Source: the human T2T-CHM13v2.0 reference genome, Homo sapiens. From it: a DNA stretch of 64,000 bases. Below, piece after piece: positions 1-19,193 of this stretch. The DNA is taken from the NCBI RefSeq assembly GCF_009914755.1, contig NC_060940.1. One strand, written 5' to 3'. The position numbers and the translations under genes were made by a program. The notes below the pieces were generated by a model that saw only the letters and a program-made list of their open reading frames with translations, ran no database searches and had not been told where the DNA came from. Within the stretch, counting starts at the first letter, position 1. Each line of letters starts with the position of its first letter.

Positions 1-492
1 AATTGTGGAATGCAGTGTTGATTCAACACTCAATGTTGAAATCAATCAGTGTAATTTACCATATCAACAGAAAAAGAATAAAAGCCCCATGACCATCTTA
101 CGTGATGTAGGAAAAGCATTTGATGAAATGCAACATCCACTCACGCTAAAAACTGTCAGCCCACTAAGAGTAGAAGTGCAATTCCTCAACCTGACAAAGT
201 CCTCTACGAAAAAATGTGTGGCTGATATCCTGCAGAGGTGATATTACTGAATGCTTCTGTCCTAAGATTGGGAAAAAGGCAAGGATGTTTGTTTTTTCTA
301 CTTCTATTACAAATTATACTGGAGATCCTAGCCAGTAAAATAAGACAAGAAAAATAGATTAAAGGCATACAAATTGGAAAGGAAGAAATAAAACTCTATT
401 AGGAAATGTTTAGCAAAGTCACAAGATACAAGGTCAATATATAAAAATCAATTGTATTTCTATATACTGGGAATGAACAACTGGAAATTTAT
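1..492 (+). mobile_element. Old L1 (L1M-type) ORF2 RT-region fragment
   Basis: Degenerate match to L1 ORF2 (GGAATGCA..TTCAAC..AAAAGCATTTGATGAAAT..CAACATCCA; later AAAGGCATACAAATTGGAAAGGAAGAA). Confidence 0.85.
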
Positions 493-496
493 ATTC

Positions 497-1287
<791 letters not shown>

Positions 1288-1647
1288 TGAATCTCAACCC
1301 ATACCTTGCACCAATGGATTTTAGACCTAAATGTAATATTTAAAACCATACATCTTTTAGAATAAAACATAGGAAAAAATCTTTGTGACTCTGGAATGAG
1401 AAAATTTTCTTAAATATGATACCCAATTGCAAATCATAAGTGAAAAAATTAGTAAGTTTGATTTCAAAATTTAAAACTTCTGATCTTTGAGAGACATGGT
1501 TAAGAAAATGAAAAATGTGAACCACAGACTGGAAGAAAATATTTACAAAACAAAATGCCTATTCGATAAAAACTTCTATGTAGAATATGTGAAGAACTGT
1601 CACAATTCAATTATAAAATGACAATCAACCTAACTTAAAAAATGGTG

Positions 1648-1955
1648 GTCTGGGCACAGTGGCTCTTGCCTGTAGTCCCAGTACTTTGGGAGGCTGAGGT
1701 GGGAGGATCACTTGAGGCTCAGAGTTCAAGACCAGCCTGGGCAATGTAGGGAGACATCATCTCTACAAAAAATTAACAATTAGCTAGGTATTGTGGCATA
1801 CACCTGTAATCCCAGTGACTCAGGACGCTGAAGTGGGAGGACTACCTGAGCCCAGGAGTTCAAGGTTGCAGTGAGCTATGATGATCATGTCACAGAACTC
1901 CAGCCTGGGTGACAGAGGAAGATCTAGTCAAAAAAATAATAATAATAAAAATAAA
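1648..1955 (+). mobile_element. Alu (AluJ-like)
   Basis: Alu dimer with GGAGGATCACTTGAGG / CAAGGTTGCAGTGAGCTATGAT. Confidence 0.9.
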
Positions 1956-1966
1956 GGCAAAGTTTG

Positions 1967-2337
1967 TAATTAGGCTTTGTTTCCCTACCCAAATCTCATC
2001 TTGAATTGTAATCCCCATAATCCCCATGTGTCAAGGGCAGACTAGGTGGAGGTATTTGGATCATGAGGACAGTTTCCCCTATACGGTTCTCATGATAGTG
2101 AGTGAGTCTCAGGAGATCCGCTGGTTTTATAACCATCTGGCATTCCCTGTGCTTGCACTCACTCCATCCTGCTGCCCTGTGAAGAAGGTGCCTACTTCTC
2201 CTTTGCCTTCTGCCATGATTGTAAGTTTCCTAAGGCCTCCCCAGCAATGTGGAACTGTGAGTCAATTAAACTTTTTCCTTTATAAGTGACCCAGTCTCGG
2301 GTATTTCTTCATAGCAGTGTGAGACCCAACTAATACA
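1967..2337 (+). mobile_element. THE1-family MaLR solo LTR
   Basis: CCCAAATCTCATCTTGAATTGTA...AACTAATACA; 5-bp TSD GTTTG at 1962-1966 and 2338-2342. Confidence 0.9.
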
Positions 2338-2718
2338 GTTTGTATTCCATGGATGACTTGAAAAAACAAAATAAAAATGGGCAAAGATTTGAACAGACAC
2401 TTCACCAAAGAAGATATACAAATGGAAAGTAAGTCCATGAAAAGATGCTCAACATTATTGGTCATTAGGAAAATGTAAATTAAAGCCCTAATGAGTCACC
2501 CGTACATAACAATTAGAATAGCTAAAATAAAAACTGAATACCAAGTGCTGACAAAGGATGTGGAGCATCCAGAACTCTCATACATTCTTGGTAGGAATTA
2601 AAATGATACATCTACTTTAAAAAACAGTTTGGCAGTTTCTTTTAAAGTTAAATATACAGCTGACATATGATCCAGAAATCCCACTGCTAGCTTTTTTCCC
2701 AAGAGAAACAAAAACTTA

Positions 2719-2995
<277 letters not shown>

Positions 2996-3092
2996 ATGGA
3001 ACAGAATAGAGAGTCCAGACATATATGAAAAATTAATATGAAATGTGACTTTCTTTTAGGTTATCTCAACATATTATTTAAAAATAATTATT

Positions 3093-3704
<612 letters not shown>

Positions 3705-3944
3705 TTAATTATATAAATTACATATTACTTTTGCTGAAGATTCTGAATCAGTATACCTGGGATAGCCAAGGAAGCTGCATTTTAACTAGCACCACAGGTG
3801 ATCCTGACGCTAGTGATCTGAGGCCTGTTTTGAAAAACACTAATGCGCTGGCCAACATGGTGAAATCATGCTCAGGTGGTGACGAGCAAACCCACCGGAT
3901 TGGGGACATCCCAAGGGTAGGGAAACTGTCCACATTCCTTCCCT

Positions 3945-4400
3945 GTCAAGCATTTATTGAGCACCAATGGTCTGCCCTGTGCTAAGCACTGGAGATACGG
4001 TAGCAAAAAAGACATAATGGCCTCTGCTTGCATGAAACTTGGGTTCAGGAGGGAACACACAATAAACCAAAGTTATTTACATTGTTAATTACATTTGAGC
4101 TACATGCCTGGAAGGAGAAGTACAGGGTGCCCAGTGAGTAAGGTGTACGGGTACTGGAGGCTCAGGGAAGGCTTTCCTAAGAAAGAGGCCTGGATGGCAG
4201 AAGAAAGGAAAAGGCTTTTCAAGAAAATAGAACTTCTCCATGCAGAGGCCTTGGGCAAAAGGGATCTAGATGCTTTAAGGAACTCAGAGGAGACCAATGT
4301 ATAATAGCTCCAAAGGAAGGCAGTGGGAGAGAGAAAGGTGGAGGGGGAAGTCATGCATGATTATAGGCATTTCAAGGCCTTCAGGCTTCATCATTTCTGT
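3945..4400 (-). mobile_element. L2 fragment
   Basis: CAAGCATTTATTGAGCACC 3'-end signature followed by degenerate L2. Confidence 0.6.
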
Positions 4401-4963
4401 AACCTCAGCACATGGAACACAGTGGGCACTCCATCATGGTTTGCAGTGGTTGTTAGTGTTTTAAATGAACAAAGCAACCATTGAAAGAATGAAGAAGTGA
4501 TTTTGAGCATTTGGGCTGCCAGCAGCTATTCTACCTACCAGTTTTCCAAGTCAGAAATATTTAAAAGAGAAGAAGACTTTAGATTTTGTTTAAAAAAAAA
4601 AAAATCCCACCAGGTAGAAATTGGCTTTCGAAACAAAAAAGACTGGTCTTTTTGCATTGGGAAGGGTTTATACTTACATTATTGGTATTTTGGACAGTGG
4701 TTACCAAAAACCATAGAAAAAAGGCTAACAGAAATCTATAGCTATGGATCTTTTTTCATTTTTACTTTTTACCGAATCTGAGCTCAACTGATGCTCATTG
4801 CCAACAAGAATCTATGGTTTGGGGGGAATCTTTTATTTGTAATTATTTGGTCTCTGAAGTAGGTCATGTGATTTATGGGATAAGTTGATTAGGGAAATAA
4901 CTGCATGAGCCCTGAAGAGAAGACCAAGTTTGTATCATTTGCCCTAGAAAGTAATGGAGATTA

Positions 4964-5293
<330 letters not shown>

Positions 5294-5519
5294 AGAGAGT
5301 GTGACTCCCTGTCTATAAAGCCCTATTTCTGGGCTGGAGATGCATCACCTCTACAACTGACCAAGACAAATAAATGTATTCTCCTTAAAGCCCCCAGAAG
5401 GAATGCAGCCCTACCCACCTGTCGGTTTCAGCCCGGTGAGACCCACTTCAGACTTCTACACACCTATTCATTTGTGTTGTTTCAAGTCACTAAATTTGTA
5501 GTAATTTGCTACAGCATCA

Positions 5520-6213
<694 letters not shown>

Positions 6214-6569
6214 TCACATTTTTAATTAACAACAAATATTAACTGGAAAACAATGGAGCAATATCTTCAAATCTGTGCAAGGCCATGGCAACAGATTTAA
6301 ATATCAAAGGGAAATTGAAGAAAGTCTAACAAAATTAAAACTTAAGTAATTGACCAAAGAAGAAGAAAACCTAAACAGATCAATAACATGAACGATTGGA
6401 AAGGTCAAGATCTACCATTTTAAAAATCACCACACTTGCATAGATTTACATCCAAGTTTACCAAGCCTTAAAAAAAAGATAATTCTTCCTATATTATTAA
6501 AGTATCTTAGACTACAGAAAAAAATGAAACTCCCCAAGTTGACTATGACTTCGAAGAAGTTAGCAAAGC

Positions 6570-6800
6570 ACTTTGCACAAAGCTCTTAGAACCATTCTGC
6601 CTTGTTCAAGTCATGGCTATAATACTTACTGGCTGTGTGACCTTGGGCAAGTTATTTATTCTCTTCCTTTCTCCACTCCCTTCTCTGTTAAATGACGAGG
6701 AAACTCTACTTCATGGAGATTGTTGTGAAGATTAAGTGAGTTTATAACTATCAACTGCTTAGAACAGTGTCTGGTGCCTATTAAGGCCCACATGCATACA
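6570..6800 (+). mobile_element. MIR
   Basis: GCTGTGTGACCTTGGGCAAGTTA core. Confidence 0.8.
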
Positions 6801-7184
6801 TATTTGATATTACTACTTTTATGAAATTAGAATCACCTTATTAGTTAAGCCTGATGAAGAAAGCACAAAAACAGAAAGCCACAGACAAATTCATTTATGA
6901 ATACAGATACACATTTGTAAATAAATATTAGAAAATTAAGCTCATCAGTTCATCAAAAGAATAATACACTTATATTAGGAGCACAAGAATGGCTTAACAT
7001 CATAGCTGGGCATCATGGTGGGCACCTGTAATTCCAGCTACTTGGGAGGCTGATGCAGGAGAATCTATCACTGTGATCCATTATATCTACCACTTAAAGT
7101 AGAAATTTCAGATGCTGTATGGTTGTAAGATAAACCTATAAAAATGAAGAGCTTTTCTATCAGTAATTATCACATAGTACTTTT

Positions 7185-7489
7185 TATTTTATTTATTTAT
7201 TTTTTTGATACAGGATCTCGCTCTGTTGCCCAGGCTGTAGTGCAGTGGTGCAGTCACAGCTCACTGCATCCTCCATATCCTGGGCTCAAGTGATCCTCCC
7301 ACCTCAGCCTCCTAAGTAGCTGGGACTACAGGCGTGCCACCGCATCCAGCTAATTTTTGCATTTTTCTTCGTAGAGACAAGGTTTCTCCATATTGCCCAG
7401 GCTGGTCTCAAACTCCTGGCTCCAGTAATCCTCCAGCGTCAGCCTCCCAAAGTGCTGGTATTATAGGAGTGAGCCACTGCGCCCAGCCC
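7185..7489 (-). mobile_element. Alu (AluJ-like)
   Basis: TSD CACATAGTACTTTT at 7171-7184 and 7490-7503. Confidence 0.95.
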
Positions 7490-8608
7490 CACATAGTACT
7501 TTTAATAATTAAATAAACTTAGCAAAGTCAGTGTGGGCAATATGAGAAGGTCATGGAATGCTAGTCCAAGAAATCTGGTATTTATGAAATATATAGCAGG
7601 AAAAATTCAAGATGCCAAATAACATAAATAGGTCTATGTCTTTGGAGATGGATAGCAGTGAGGATTCTGAAGACAGAGAGACCCTTAGGAAATTATTGCA
7701 ATAGTCCAGTCAAATGGTAGAGGAAAATTGAGCTGAGACAGAGGTCTTTCCAGAGGAATAATCGCTGGTACTGCTTTGGAGAAATAAACAGAATTTGTTA
7801 ACTAAAGTCCAGACTGGGTAGACTGTTTTTACTACTAGGCTAAGGAACACGGGTGAAGAGAGTATTTCGGGAAAGATGACATTGAGTTGAGTCAAGCTGA
7901 TTTTGAAGCACTCCCAGAACACCCACTGGTTAGAAAGGCAGATCAGAAGCTTCAAATAAAAGCAGGGACTAAAAAATTAACAGAGAGATTATTTAAGAAG
8001 CAACGATTCTGGAGCTACGAGAGGACATGAGGTCACCCAGGGAGAATGTGTAGCCTGCAAGGAAGGCTGAGACAGAACCTCAGAACATGCTGACATTTAA
8101 GGGATGGAATGAAAACAGCCGGTCAGTAAGAAGTTCTAGTGGTTGTTGGAGAGCCAAGAGCATGCAGAGCCCCATAAACTAGTGAAGAGATCCAAAAAGG
8201 ATCACAAACCCAGCAGTTTGGAATGCCAAAGCAGGATCAAGGCGGAGGAGGAGCATTCAGCAAAGCAGCCTGCAGGTCCTTAGGAGAAACAAGTTCAGTG
8301 AAATGGGCATCTTGCAGCCCATTAAGCAGAGATAGAAAGTAGGTGGACTAAAGAATCCAAACGGCTTTTCAGTAAAAGTGGGTAAGAGCTTCAATTTGGG
8401 GATCAGGTTAACATGGATTCACATCTCAGCTCTACTGTTGGACATTTGTCAATCATTCCATATCTCTGAGCCTAACTTTCCTTATATGTAAAATAGGATA
8501 GTCCCAGTACTATCTTCGTAGGAGTTATTGTGACAATGGAGATAATCCATTAAAGGGGCTTAGATTGGCATCTAACATAGTTAAGAGGTCAGTAAACTTG
8601 GGGGTATT

Positions 8609-8938
<330 letters not shown>

Positions 8939-9484
8939 TCAATAAAATGGATGATGATCCCATCTGCTGAGAAAGGGATGAAAGCAGGTGGAAAGGGAGG
9001 AACAGCTGCTTACGTGTGTTTAAATAGACTACTTCCCAAAGCTTTTTTTTTTTTAAATAAAAAATGACCAGACAGCTGAGATGAACTTGAAATAGACCTG
9101 GCCATCCAACCCAGCCAGACCATTCTTCCCAGAATCACTCACTGACTGAGCACTGGAGTGGTGGGAGCGGAAGAAATAAATTGTTGGGAGAATTGTTGGC
9201 TTGAAGAATGGCAAGGGTTAAAATGATCTGGTGTGGGAAAAGGACAGGATTTGAGCACAATAGGGAGAGCTCACTTAGACTTGGAGGCCGGGGCAGAGTT
9301 GTAGGAGTCATACCAGGGAAAGATCAAGCTAATTTATAGGAAGGAAAAAATCTAGAAATGAGGAACTTGAGTCGGAGGGGGTGATTCAGAGAACTGAGCA
9401 TATAACCAGTCATGCTTCTTCCATTTTTTCGTATGGTCACTCTCTTACCTAGATACCTATGATACATTCAATAATCATTACTTT

Positions 9485-9764
9485 GGCCAGACACGGTGGC
9501 TCACACCTGTAATCCCAACTCTTAGGGAGCCCAAGGCAGGAGGATTCCTTGAGCCCAGGAGTTCAAGATCAGCCTGGGCAACATGGTGAGACCCTCTCTT
9601 TACAAAAATTTTAAAAATTACCCAAGCATGGTGGCATTCACGTGTGGTCCCAGCTACTCAGGAGGCCACTTAAGTCCAGAAGGTCCAGGCTGCAGTGAGT
9701 CATGTTCATGGCACTGCACCCCAGCCTGGGTGACAGAGAGAGAACCTATCTCAAAAAAAAAAAA
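9485..9764 (+). mobile_element. Alu (AluJ-like)
   Basis: Alu dimer with poly(A). Confidence 0.9.
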
Positions 9765-9989
9765 TCATCATCATCATTTCTTAAAACAACATTAATCATA
9801 GGTCACCTTTTTAGAGGCAAGCAGGCATTCTGTTAAACACAGTCCCCATATCAATTCTATGGGTCAAGAAGCCCTTGATGCCCATTACAGGTAAGTAAAC
9901 TTTCACAGAGTGACAGGACTAAGATTTGAACCTGGGCAATCTGAATCCCAAGGCTGAGTAACCACAGCACATAACTACAAGCAGGGCAT

Positions 9990-10595
9990 TTCGGTACGCA
10001 GCTTCTTGGATGACCTCAATACTCCCTGCCTCCTGGTAGCCCCACTCTTGTGTAATTCCCTCCCCGCTTGTGTGTGGGCTTTATTTAGTGGCCGACTTCT
10101 AGCAAGCAGAATGCAGAAGAGGAGAGATGTCACTTCTGGAATTAGATTACAAAGAGATGGCATCTTCCGTCTGGAGCACTCTCTCACTCTCACTCCAAGG
10201 GAAGCCAGCTGCCATGTTGTGAGCTGTCCAAGGATCCCAGTGACAAAGAACTGAGGAAGTCCTCTGGCCAGCAGTCAGCAAGAAACCGAGACCCTAGACC
10301 CTTAGCTCCAACAGCCTACAAATAACTGAAACCTTCCAAAAACCATGGGAGGGAGCCTAGAAGCAGATTCTCCCCAGCTGAGACTTCACATGAGACCACA
10401 GCTCCAGCATGTACTCTGACTGCAACCTGGTAAGAGACTTTGAGGTCTGACTGCAACCTGGTAAGCAACCTCAAGCCAGAGATACACAGGAAAGCCATGC
10501 CCAAATTCCTAACCCACAGAAACTGAGACAATAAATGTTTGCTGTTTCAAGCTGCTAAGTTGTGGAGTGATTGGTTATGCTGCAATAGTTAGTGA
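9990..10595 (+). mobile_element. MLT1-family MaLR LTR
   Basis: GAAGCCAGCTGCCATGTTGTGAG; AATAAATGTTTGCTGTTTCAAGCTGCTAAGT end; internal 20-bp duplication at 10415-10434 and 10446-10465. Confidence 0.8.
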
Positions 10596-11054
10596 GTGCA
10601 TCTACTCTGTGCCTAACACTTCCTAGATGTTAGGAATAAGACTTGGTCCCTGACGTCTGAGCATTTATAGGGGAAACAATGATATAAACAAATGATTCCA
10701 GCACAACATGGCCCAGGGTGGAGAATTGCACTAGTGGGCAACTGTAATGGAGGGAAACCAGAAAATATTCACAGAGGAGGTGAAATTTGGTTTGCATCTT
10801 GAAGGATGAATCAAAGCTAGCTAGACGGATGAAGGGGAATGGACAGTCAAAGCAAAGAGAACAGATACATGCCAAAGTACAGAAGATGAAACAGCAATTA
10901 AATATTTGTGGTTGAGTGTAGCTGACAGTAGAGACAACCAAGTAATGGAAAATCTTGCATGCTTTGCAAAAACCTCTGAACTTTCAAAAGACTGTCATGT
11001 ACAATACATACTTGATTTATTTGAGAAGCTGCACTCTTTAGAAGTCATTTTTAG

Positions 11055-11620
<566 letters not shown>

Positions 11621-11751
11621 TGCACAGAGAAGATAAATGTGTACTCAATATAAACATCGCATCTGTGAAGGGATGCATTGGTGAACTCCCATCACCTCAG
11701 CAAATGAGTGACCGCTTGGAAGGATCAAGCAGAAAAAGTATTGATTTTGGG

Positions 11752-11915
11752 CAGTGATTCCTAGACTTTAATGTGCACACAAATCACCTGGGGTCTTGTT
11801 AAAATACAAATTCTGGTGCAGTAGGTCATAGTGAAGCCTGAGATCATGCATTTCTAACAAGCTCCCAGATGATACTAATGCTGCTGGTCCCAGGACCACA
11901 CTTTGAGTAGCAAAG
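11752..11915. mobile_element. MER5A-like DNA transposon
   Basis: AATCACCTGGG...TGCATTTCTAACAAGCTCCCAG...GACCACACTTTGAG. Confidence 0.8.
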
Positions 11916-12229
11916 GGCCAGGGGGCCTTGGCATTGCACTCTACCCTGAGAGTCAGGGTTCTTCTGGGACTACAGCTTATCCTGTCTGCTGAAACAGAGC
12001 CTCTTCTAATTGGAGTCAGCCCTGGATTGGGGCTGGCATGGGGATGGAAGTTGAGAGAAGACAAAATAATCAGTGTGCTATTCCTTCCAGAGTTTTGTAG
12101 AACTTGTGGAAAGTAAAGTGACATTTATTGACATCTTTCATGTGTTCCAGGTTATCTCAATCAACATGCACACACACCACCACCACCACCACCAATGACA
12201 ACAACATCTATAAGGTAAGAAGAGAGAAA

Positions 12230-12470
12230 GGGTAAGAAAGTGCACTCTAGAGCCAAACTGCCTGGGTTCATATCCCAGTTCTGCCATTTATTAGCTGTGT
12301 GACTTTAAATGTTACTAACAGCTCTCTGCCTCAGTTTCCCATCACCAAAATTGGGGATCATAATAGTACCTACCTCATAAGCTGCCGTGAAGATTAAGTG
12401 ATGACACATGGATAGTGCTCAGGACAGTGTCTGGCATCTAGAAAGTGCCCAACAAATATTTGCTATTAAT
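12230..12470 (+). mobile_element. MIR
   Basis: CTGCCTGGGTTCA...TGCCTCAGTTTCCC...TAATAGTACCTACCTCATA. Confidence 0.85.
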
Positions 12471-13713
12471 AATATCCCTTCCTTGTGAATGAAGAAAACA
12501 AGGCTAGCAGAAGTTAATTAATGTGGGCAGAGATTAAGTAGGGGGGCCAGTTTTTGTCTTTCCAATGACCTTAAGGAGTAAGGCACATGAAGGCCCAAGT
12601 GAGACCATATCTGGAGAGAAAAACAGTCCATACCCTTCCTTGAGGCCCTTTTCTATCCCATTCTCCAGTTTAGTCTTGTCTCGGAGACACTGGCTTATGG
12701 TAATAATTATAACACGTAAAAGTTATTGAATGTATACATCATCTCATTTAATTCTCACAACAATTTTGTGATGTAGGCACTACTGCATTGTTATTCCTCA
12801 ATTTTGCAGATGCATGTTCCCCAAGCTCACATACTTGGCAAGTTCCAATTCTGTATAAAGTCATCCAGAAAATAGGACAGGGAAGAATACTCCCCAGCTG
12901 ACTCTATAAGACCACTATCACCCTACCATTAAAATCAGACAAAGATATTACAGGAAAAGAAGGCTGCAGATGGATATTCTTCATGACTATACATGTAAAA
13001 CTGCAAAACAAAATATTAGCACATTGAATCCCACAATACGTAAAAAGGATAATACATTATGATGAGTAGTGCTTCATCCCAGAAATGCAAGGTTGGTTTA
13101 ACATTCAAAAACAAATCAAGTAGTTTACCAAATTCACAAACTAAAAAAGAAAAAAAAATTATCTCAATAGATGCAAAAAACTCGTTTGCAAATATTTAAC
13201 AACATTCGTTTCTAATAAAAATTTTCAGCAATGTAGAACCTGAAGAGAACATTTTCAACTATGTAGCATCTTCAAATAACCTATAGCAAACATCATAATG
13301 AAAGAATAAGTGCTTTCCTCTGAGGATAAGAACAAGACAAGTATGTTCACTATCACTGCTTCTATTCAACATTGTACTAAAGGTTCTAACCAGTGCAGTA
13401 GTGCAAAGAAAAAAGTGGCATTCAGATAGGAAAGAAGTAAAACTCTCTTTCTTCACAGATGATGTGGTCATCTATGCAGAATATCTGATAGAAGCAACAA
13501 ATAAGCTACTAGAACCAATAATTGAGTTTAGTGAAGTTGCAGGATACAATCTCAAGATACAAAAACCTATTATATATCTATATGATGCCAATAAACAACC
13601 AGAAATTGAAATTAATAAACAATACCATTCACAATAACATCAAAAATATTAAATACTTAGAGATAAATCTGGCAAAAGATGTGAAAAACTTATACTATGA
13701 AAATTACTAACTA

Positions 13714-14070
<357 letters not shown>

Positions 14071-15018
14071 ATGTTGGTCTTGAACCTATACTTATAGGTT
14101 CAAGAAAACTCAATATTGTTAAGATGGTGTAAATTTTCCCAACTTGATGTATAGATTCAATGAAATCCAAACAGAAATCTCCAGGAAGCATTTTTTGTAG
14201 AAATTGATGCATCCTAAAATGTATATGGTACTGCAAAGGACCTAAAATAGCCAAGATACCTCTGGAAAAAAAAAAAGGAACAAAGTTGTAATGCTAACAC
14301 CATCCAAGACTTATTACAAAGCTGTAATAATCAAGACAGTGTAATACTGGCATAAAAGATGATAAATAGATCAATGAAATAGAATACAAAAATCCATAAA
14401 TAGCCCCATATATATGGACAGCTGATTTTTAACAAAAATGCAAAGGGAATTCAGTGGAGAAATTAAAGTTCCTTCAAAAATGTACTGAGAAAATTAGATC
14501 CCAATATGCAAAAAGAAAAACGAACTCCTATCCATACCTCACATCATATATAAAACTTAATTCAAAATGGATTGTAGATCTAAATATAAATCCTAAAATT
14601 ATAAAACATTTAGGGCATTGAAAAATTTAATCTTGATCTAGGCAAAGATTTTTTAGATTCATCATCAAAAGTATGACCCAAAAAGGAACAAACCGATAAA
14701 CTGGACTTCATCAACTTAAAAAATGTTTGCTCTTTAAAAGACACTGTGAAGAGAATATAAGACAAGCTACAGAGTTAGAGAATCATATGTCTGATCAATC
14801 ATATAGTTTATAAAAAATTTATATCTCAAATACATAAAGAACTCCCAAAACTTAAGAAAACAAGCCAATTTTTAAAATGGCCAAAATATTTGAACAGACA
14901 CGTCACCAAAGGAGACATACAGACAGGACATATGTACATGAAAAGAGACTCAATCATTAATCTTTAGAGAAATGTAAATTAAAATCACATATCACTCCTA
15001 TGCCAATTAGAATGGTTA

Positions 15019-15348
<330 letters not shown>

Positions 15349-15506
15349 AATAGAACTCTTATATACTGCTGGTGGCAATGTAAAATGGTACAATCACTTT
15401 AGAAAATGGTCTCTCAGTTTCTTAAAAAGTTACACATGTACTTACAATATGAACCAGCCATTCTACTCCTAGGAGTTTACCCATGAACAAATGAAAGCAT
15501 ATGTCT

Positions 15507-15860
15507 TGCAGGAAAACAGTCTGTTGCATGGCAGGAGTGTGACACCATCTTGAAGGGAAACCACCACGATGACCAATGTGCGACTCCTGCCTACCAAGAT
15601 GTTCTTATAGCTTAGATAATCCTTCATAAAGACATTTATCTAACCTATCCAGTGGTCAAGAGTTTTGCAAGAAAGTCTGAGACATGACTAGCTGCACATG
15701 TTTTATCAAAAAAGCTTACTATAGGAAGAATATGTTTTTAGGGTGAATGCAGTGAGCCAACATCTTGTGGCTTCCCAAGACATTGCTCCAGTTCATAAGT
15801 CCCTGTTAAATGTTTCTTCCTGAGAAACTGGATTTGTCAGGCTTGTTCTTTGACCTCTCA
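15507..15860 (+). mobile_element. ERV LTR fragment (LTR47/MER72-like)
   Basis: TGCAGGAAAACAGTCTGTTGCATGGCAGGAGTG..CCATCTTGAAG interrupts the L1; family assignment from memory. Confidence 0.55.
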
Positions 15861-16291
15861 TTGTGTAACATGTTTGTACAAAAAGCAAGTTTATTTTTAG
15901 TATCCAAGAACTGTAAATGACCCAAATGCTCAACAACAGGTGAATTTAACTGTGGTATATCCATACAATGGAATACTACTCAGCAATAGAAATAATGAAA
16001 TATTGATATATGCTACCATGTGGATAGATCTGAAAATAATTATGCTGAGTGAAGTAAACTCAACAAAAACTAGTGAATACTGTATTATTCCATTTTTATA
16101 AAATTGTAGGAAATCCGGACTAATATATACCAACAGAAGCAGATCAGGGGTTGTCCGGGAAGGTAGGTGGAAAGAATTAGAAAGGGCCACAAGGAAACTT
16201 TTAAGGTGATGCATAAGTTCATTATCTTGATGGTGTCAATGGTTTCACTGGTGTAGACTTACGTCAAAACTTATCAAATTGTACACTTTAA

Positions 16292-16643
<352 letters not shown>

Positions 16644-18235
16644 GAGTAATAAAAATTTTTAACTGCATGCAATTTTTAACTAGATGCATCACTGGCTCAA
16701 TTTCTGCAAACCAGGTGGGTGGCTGAGTGGGTGGATGGATATGGTTGCCTTCCCTTCACTTGTGGCCTAAGAAACAGGATGTTTCCCCACTGGGTTTTTT
16801 TCAACAAGCCTTTCCTTCACCTTGGGGCTCATTTTTCGTACAGTTCATAGCACATTTGTTGTCTGCCTCAACTCCTGCCACTTCTAAGGACCAATAGCTT
16901 GATCACTAATTCCATCGCCATTGGATTGATCTCCCTCTGGGACTGGATGACATTTATTAGTTCAGAGCTTTTCATTTTCTTACCTCATCCTGGAATCTGC
17001 CTTAGCACACAAAAGGCACTCAATAAAGATTTTCTGGTTAATTGATTTACTGATTAATTCATTGGAAAAGCTATCAATTCTATAAGGCATGTATAGTTTT
17101 CAAACTCCAATGGGATTTAGGTAAATTGGGTTTTTACTAACCTGCTTGCCTTCCAAAAAAAAAAAAAAAGATGGGATTTTTGACTTCCTTATTTTTTTAT
17201 AATTGCCACGTAATGCATTTATAATCAGAAAACCAGCTCTAAAAATAACTAAACAAGGAAATATGCCACTTAAAATTTAAAAACAATTGCCCCGACAGAT
17301 TCAGTGGTGACTCTGGCTAAGTTAAACTGGGTCTTTCCAGTGCCCATGTTTTTCCAGAGGTTGGCATCCTACCCTCCTCTCCTCCCTAAGTCTTAAGTGG
17401 TTCTGGAAGATTCAACTAGAAACCACAGAGTGCACTAAAACAACAGATTCATGGAACAGGGCAATCAGGAAAAAGGGCCAAAGCCAGCCAAAGTTGTCTG
17501 CTTAGGCAAAAGCCCTGACCCAGCACATTTCTCAGAAGGCTCCATCTATATTTATAGCTTTGAAAAACTTTTGGGAACATGGAACTTTCAGGCTGGTGGA
17601 ATCCTGGCTCTGAGCGGTACTGGGAACACCATGTTCCCTTCTGGCTTGGATCACAAAAGAGCCACGTGTTGGGTACATGAGTCCTTTACTGACCTCAGGG
17701 GAGACATCCGGCTCTCTGTGCCTTCATTTCTTCCTTTGTTTAATGGAATTTATTTTGTCCCACTTGACTCATAGAGCATACAAAAATAAAGGCACCATTT
17801 ACTTAGTACTTATTACACCAGAGGCACTGGGTTAAAAGTCATTTCATTTTCACAGACAGCACTATTTTTTAATCCCCATTCTACAGATGGTATAACTGAG
17901 GTTCATGAAGATTAAGGAATTTACCCAAGGTTCACACAGCCAAGTAAGTGGTGGATCAAGGATTTGAACTCTCAAGCCCTAGGTTTCAACCCTTAAACTG
18001 CTATAGGGTTCAGATTTGTGATTAAATGTAATAAAGAATAAACAGAAGAGTGAAGAGAACGACCATTTATTGAGCCTCTATTATGAAGCCAGCATATTAC
18101 ATGAGTCACAAATAAGAATTGCTCTCAAGTTGAAAAGTGAAAGTAAAAGCATGTTTCTCTGTCTGCACCAAACATAATCCAGTTCAAACACAACCTCATA
18201 CCCCAAGAGAACAAGGTTATCAAGAAGTTGAGTTA

Positions 18236-18560
<325 letters not shown>

Positions 18561-19092
18561 GTAGATTCTCCCCATTATCTCGAAGCCCACATTCCTCTTT
18601 CTGTGATCCTGGAAAGCCCCAAATCACATTCAGTGCCTAGCCTCCCACTGAGTATTCAAAGGTGCCATAAGTTCTGTTTCCCACTTGGGAGAAGGTAGTG
18701 GCCAGCAAACCCAGGGGTCACCCACCGTTCAGAGCCTGGCCTCAGGATATCCTCATATGATTCACAAGCCCCTGCCCATAGCATCTGGCTTTTCAGAGAA
18801 AACCACCCAGACACTGCTTTTGAGCAAACCTCACTAAGGAGCTAAAATCCTTTCTTCCTTCCTAGACTCCTGAGATCCAACAGCCTAAGAAAAATTCTGT
18901 TAACCCTTCCCACAGAGGAGACAGTACAAACTCAAACCTTAAGGACACAAAGACCCATTCATCCCCCTGGGCAAGAGAAGAGAAAGAACATCTCATCCTT
19001 CTCTGATGAACATCCAGCTGAGAAAATAAGATACAATTCGTTCCTCAGCAGGCCATTCTGCCATGTTAAATTCCTAATGAGTGGTCCTGCTG

Positions 19093-19142
19093 CACCTACA
19101 TTATCCCATTCAATCCTCACCTACATTATCCCATTTAATCCT
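19093..19142. repeat. 25-bp tandem duplication
   Basis: CACCTACATTATCCCATT(C/T)AATCCT x2. Confidence 0.85.
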
Positions 19143-19193
19143 CACAACAGCTCTGAGCCATTTGCTTGCAGGCGTGAGCAAGGATGCACTGCT

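Larger units (their letters stand above)
1288..2718 (+). mobile_element. Old L1M ORF2 3' fragments, interrupted by an Alu and a THE1 LTR
   Basis: ATGGATTTTAGACCTAAATGTAA; AAAATGGGCAAAGATTTGAACAGACACTTCACCAAAGAAGATATAC. Confidence 0.85.

Noticed and set aside
9888-9896. Perfect CAG|GTAAGT donor
   Set aside because: Lies in a MIR-derived stretch with no convincing upstream acceptor
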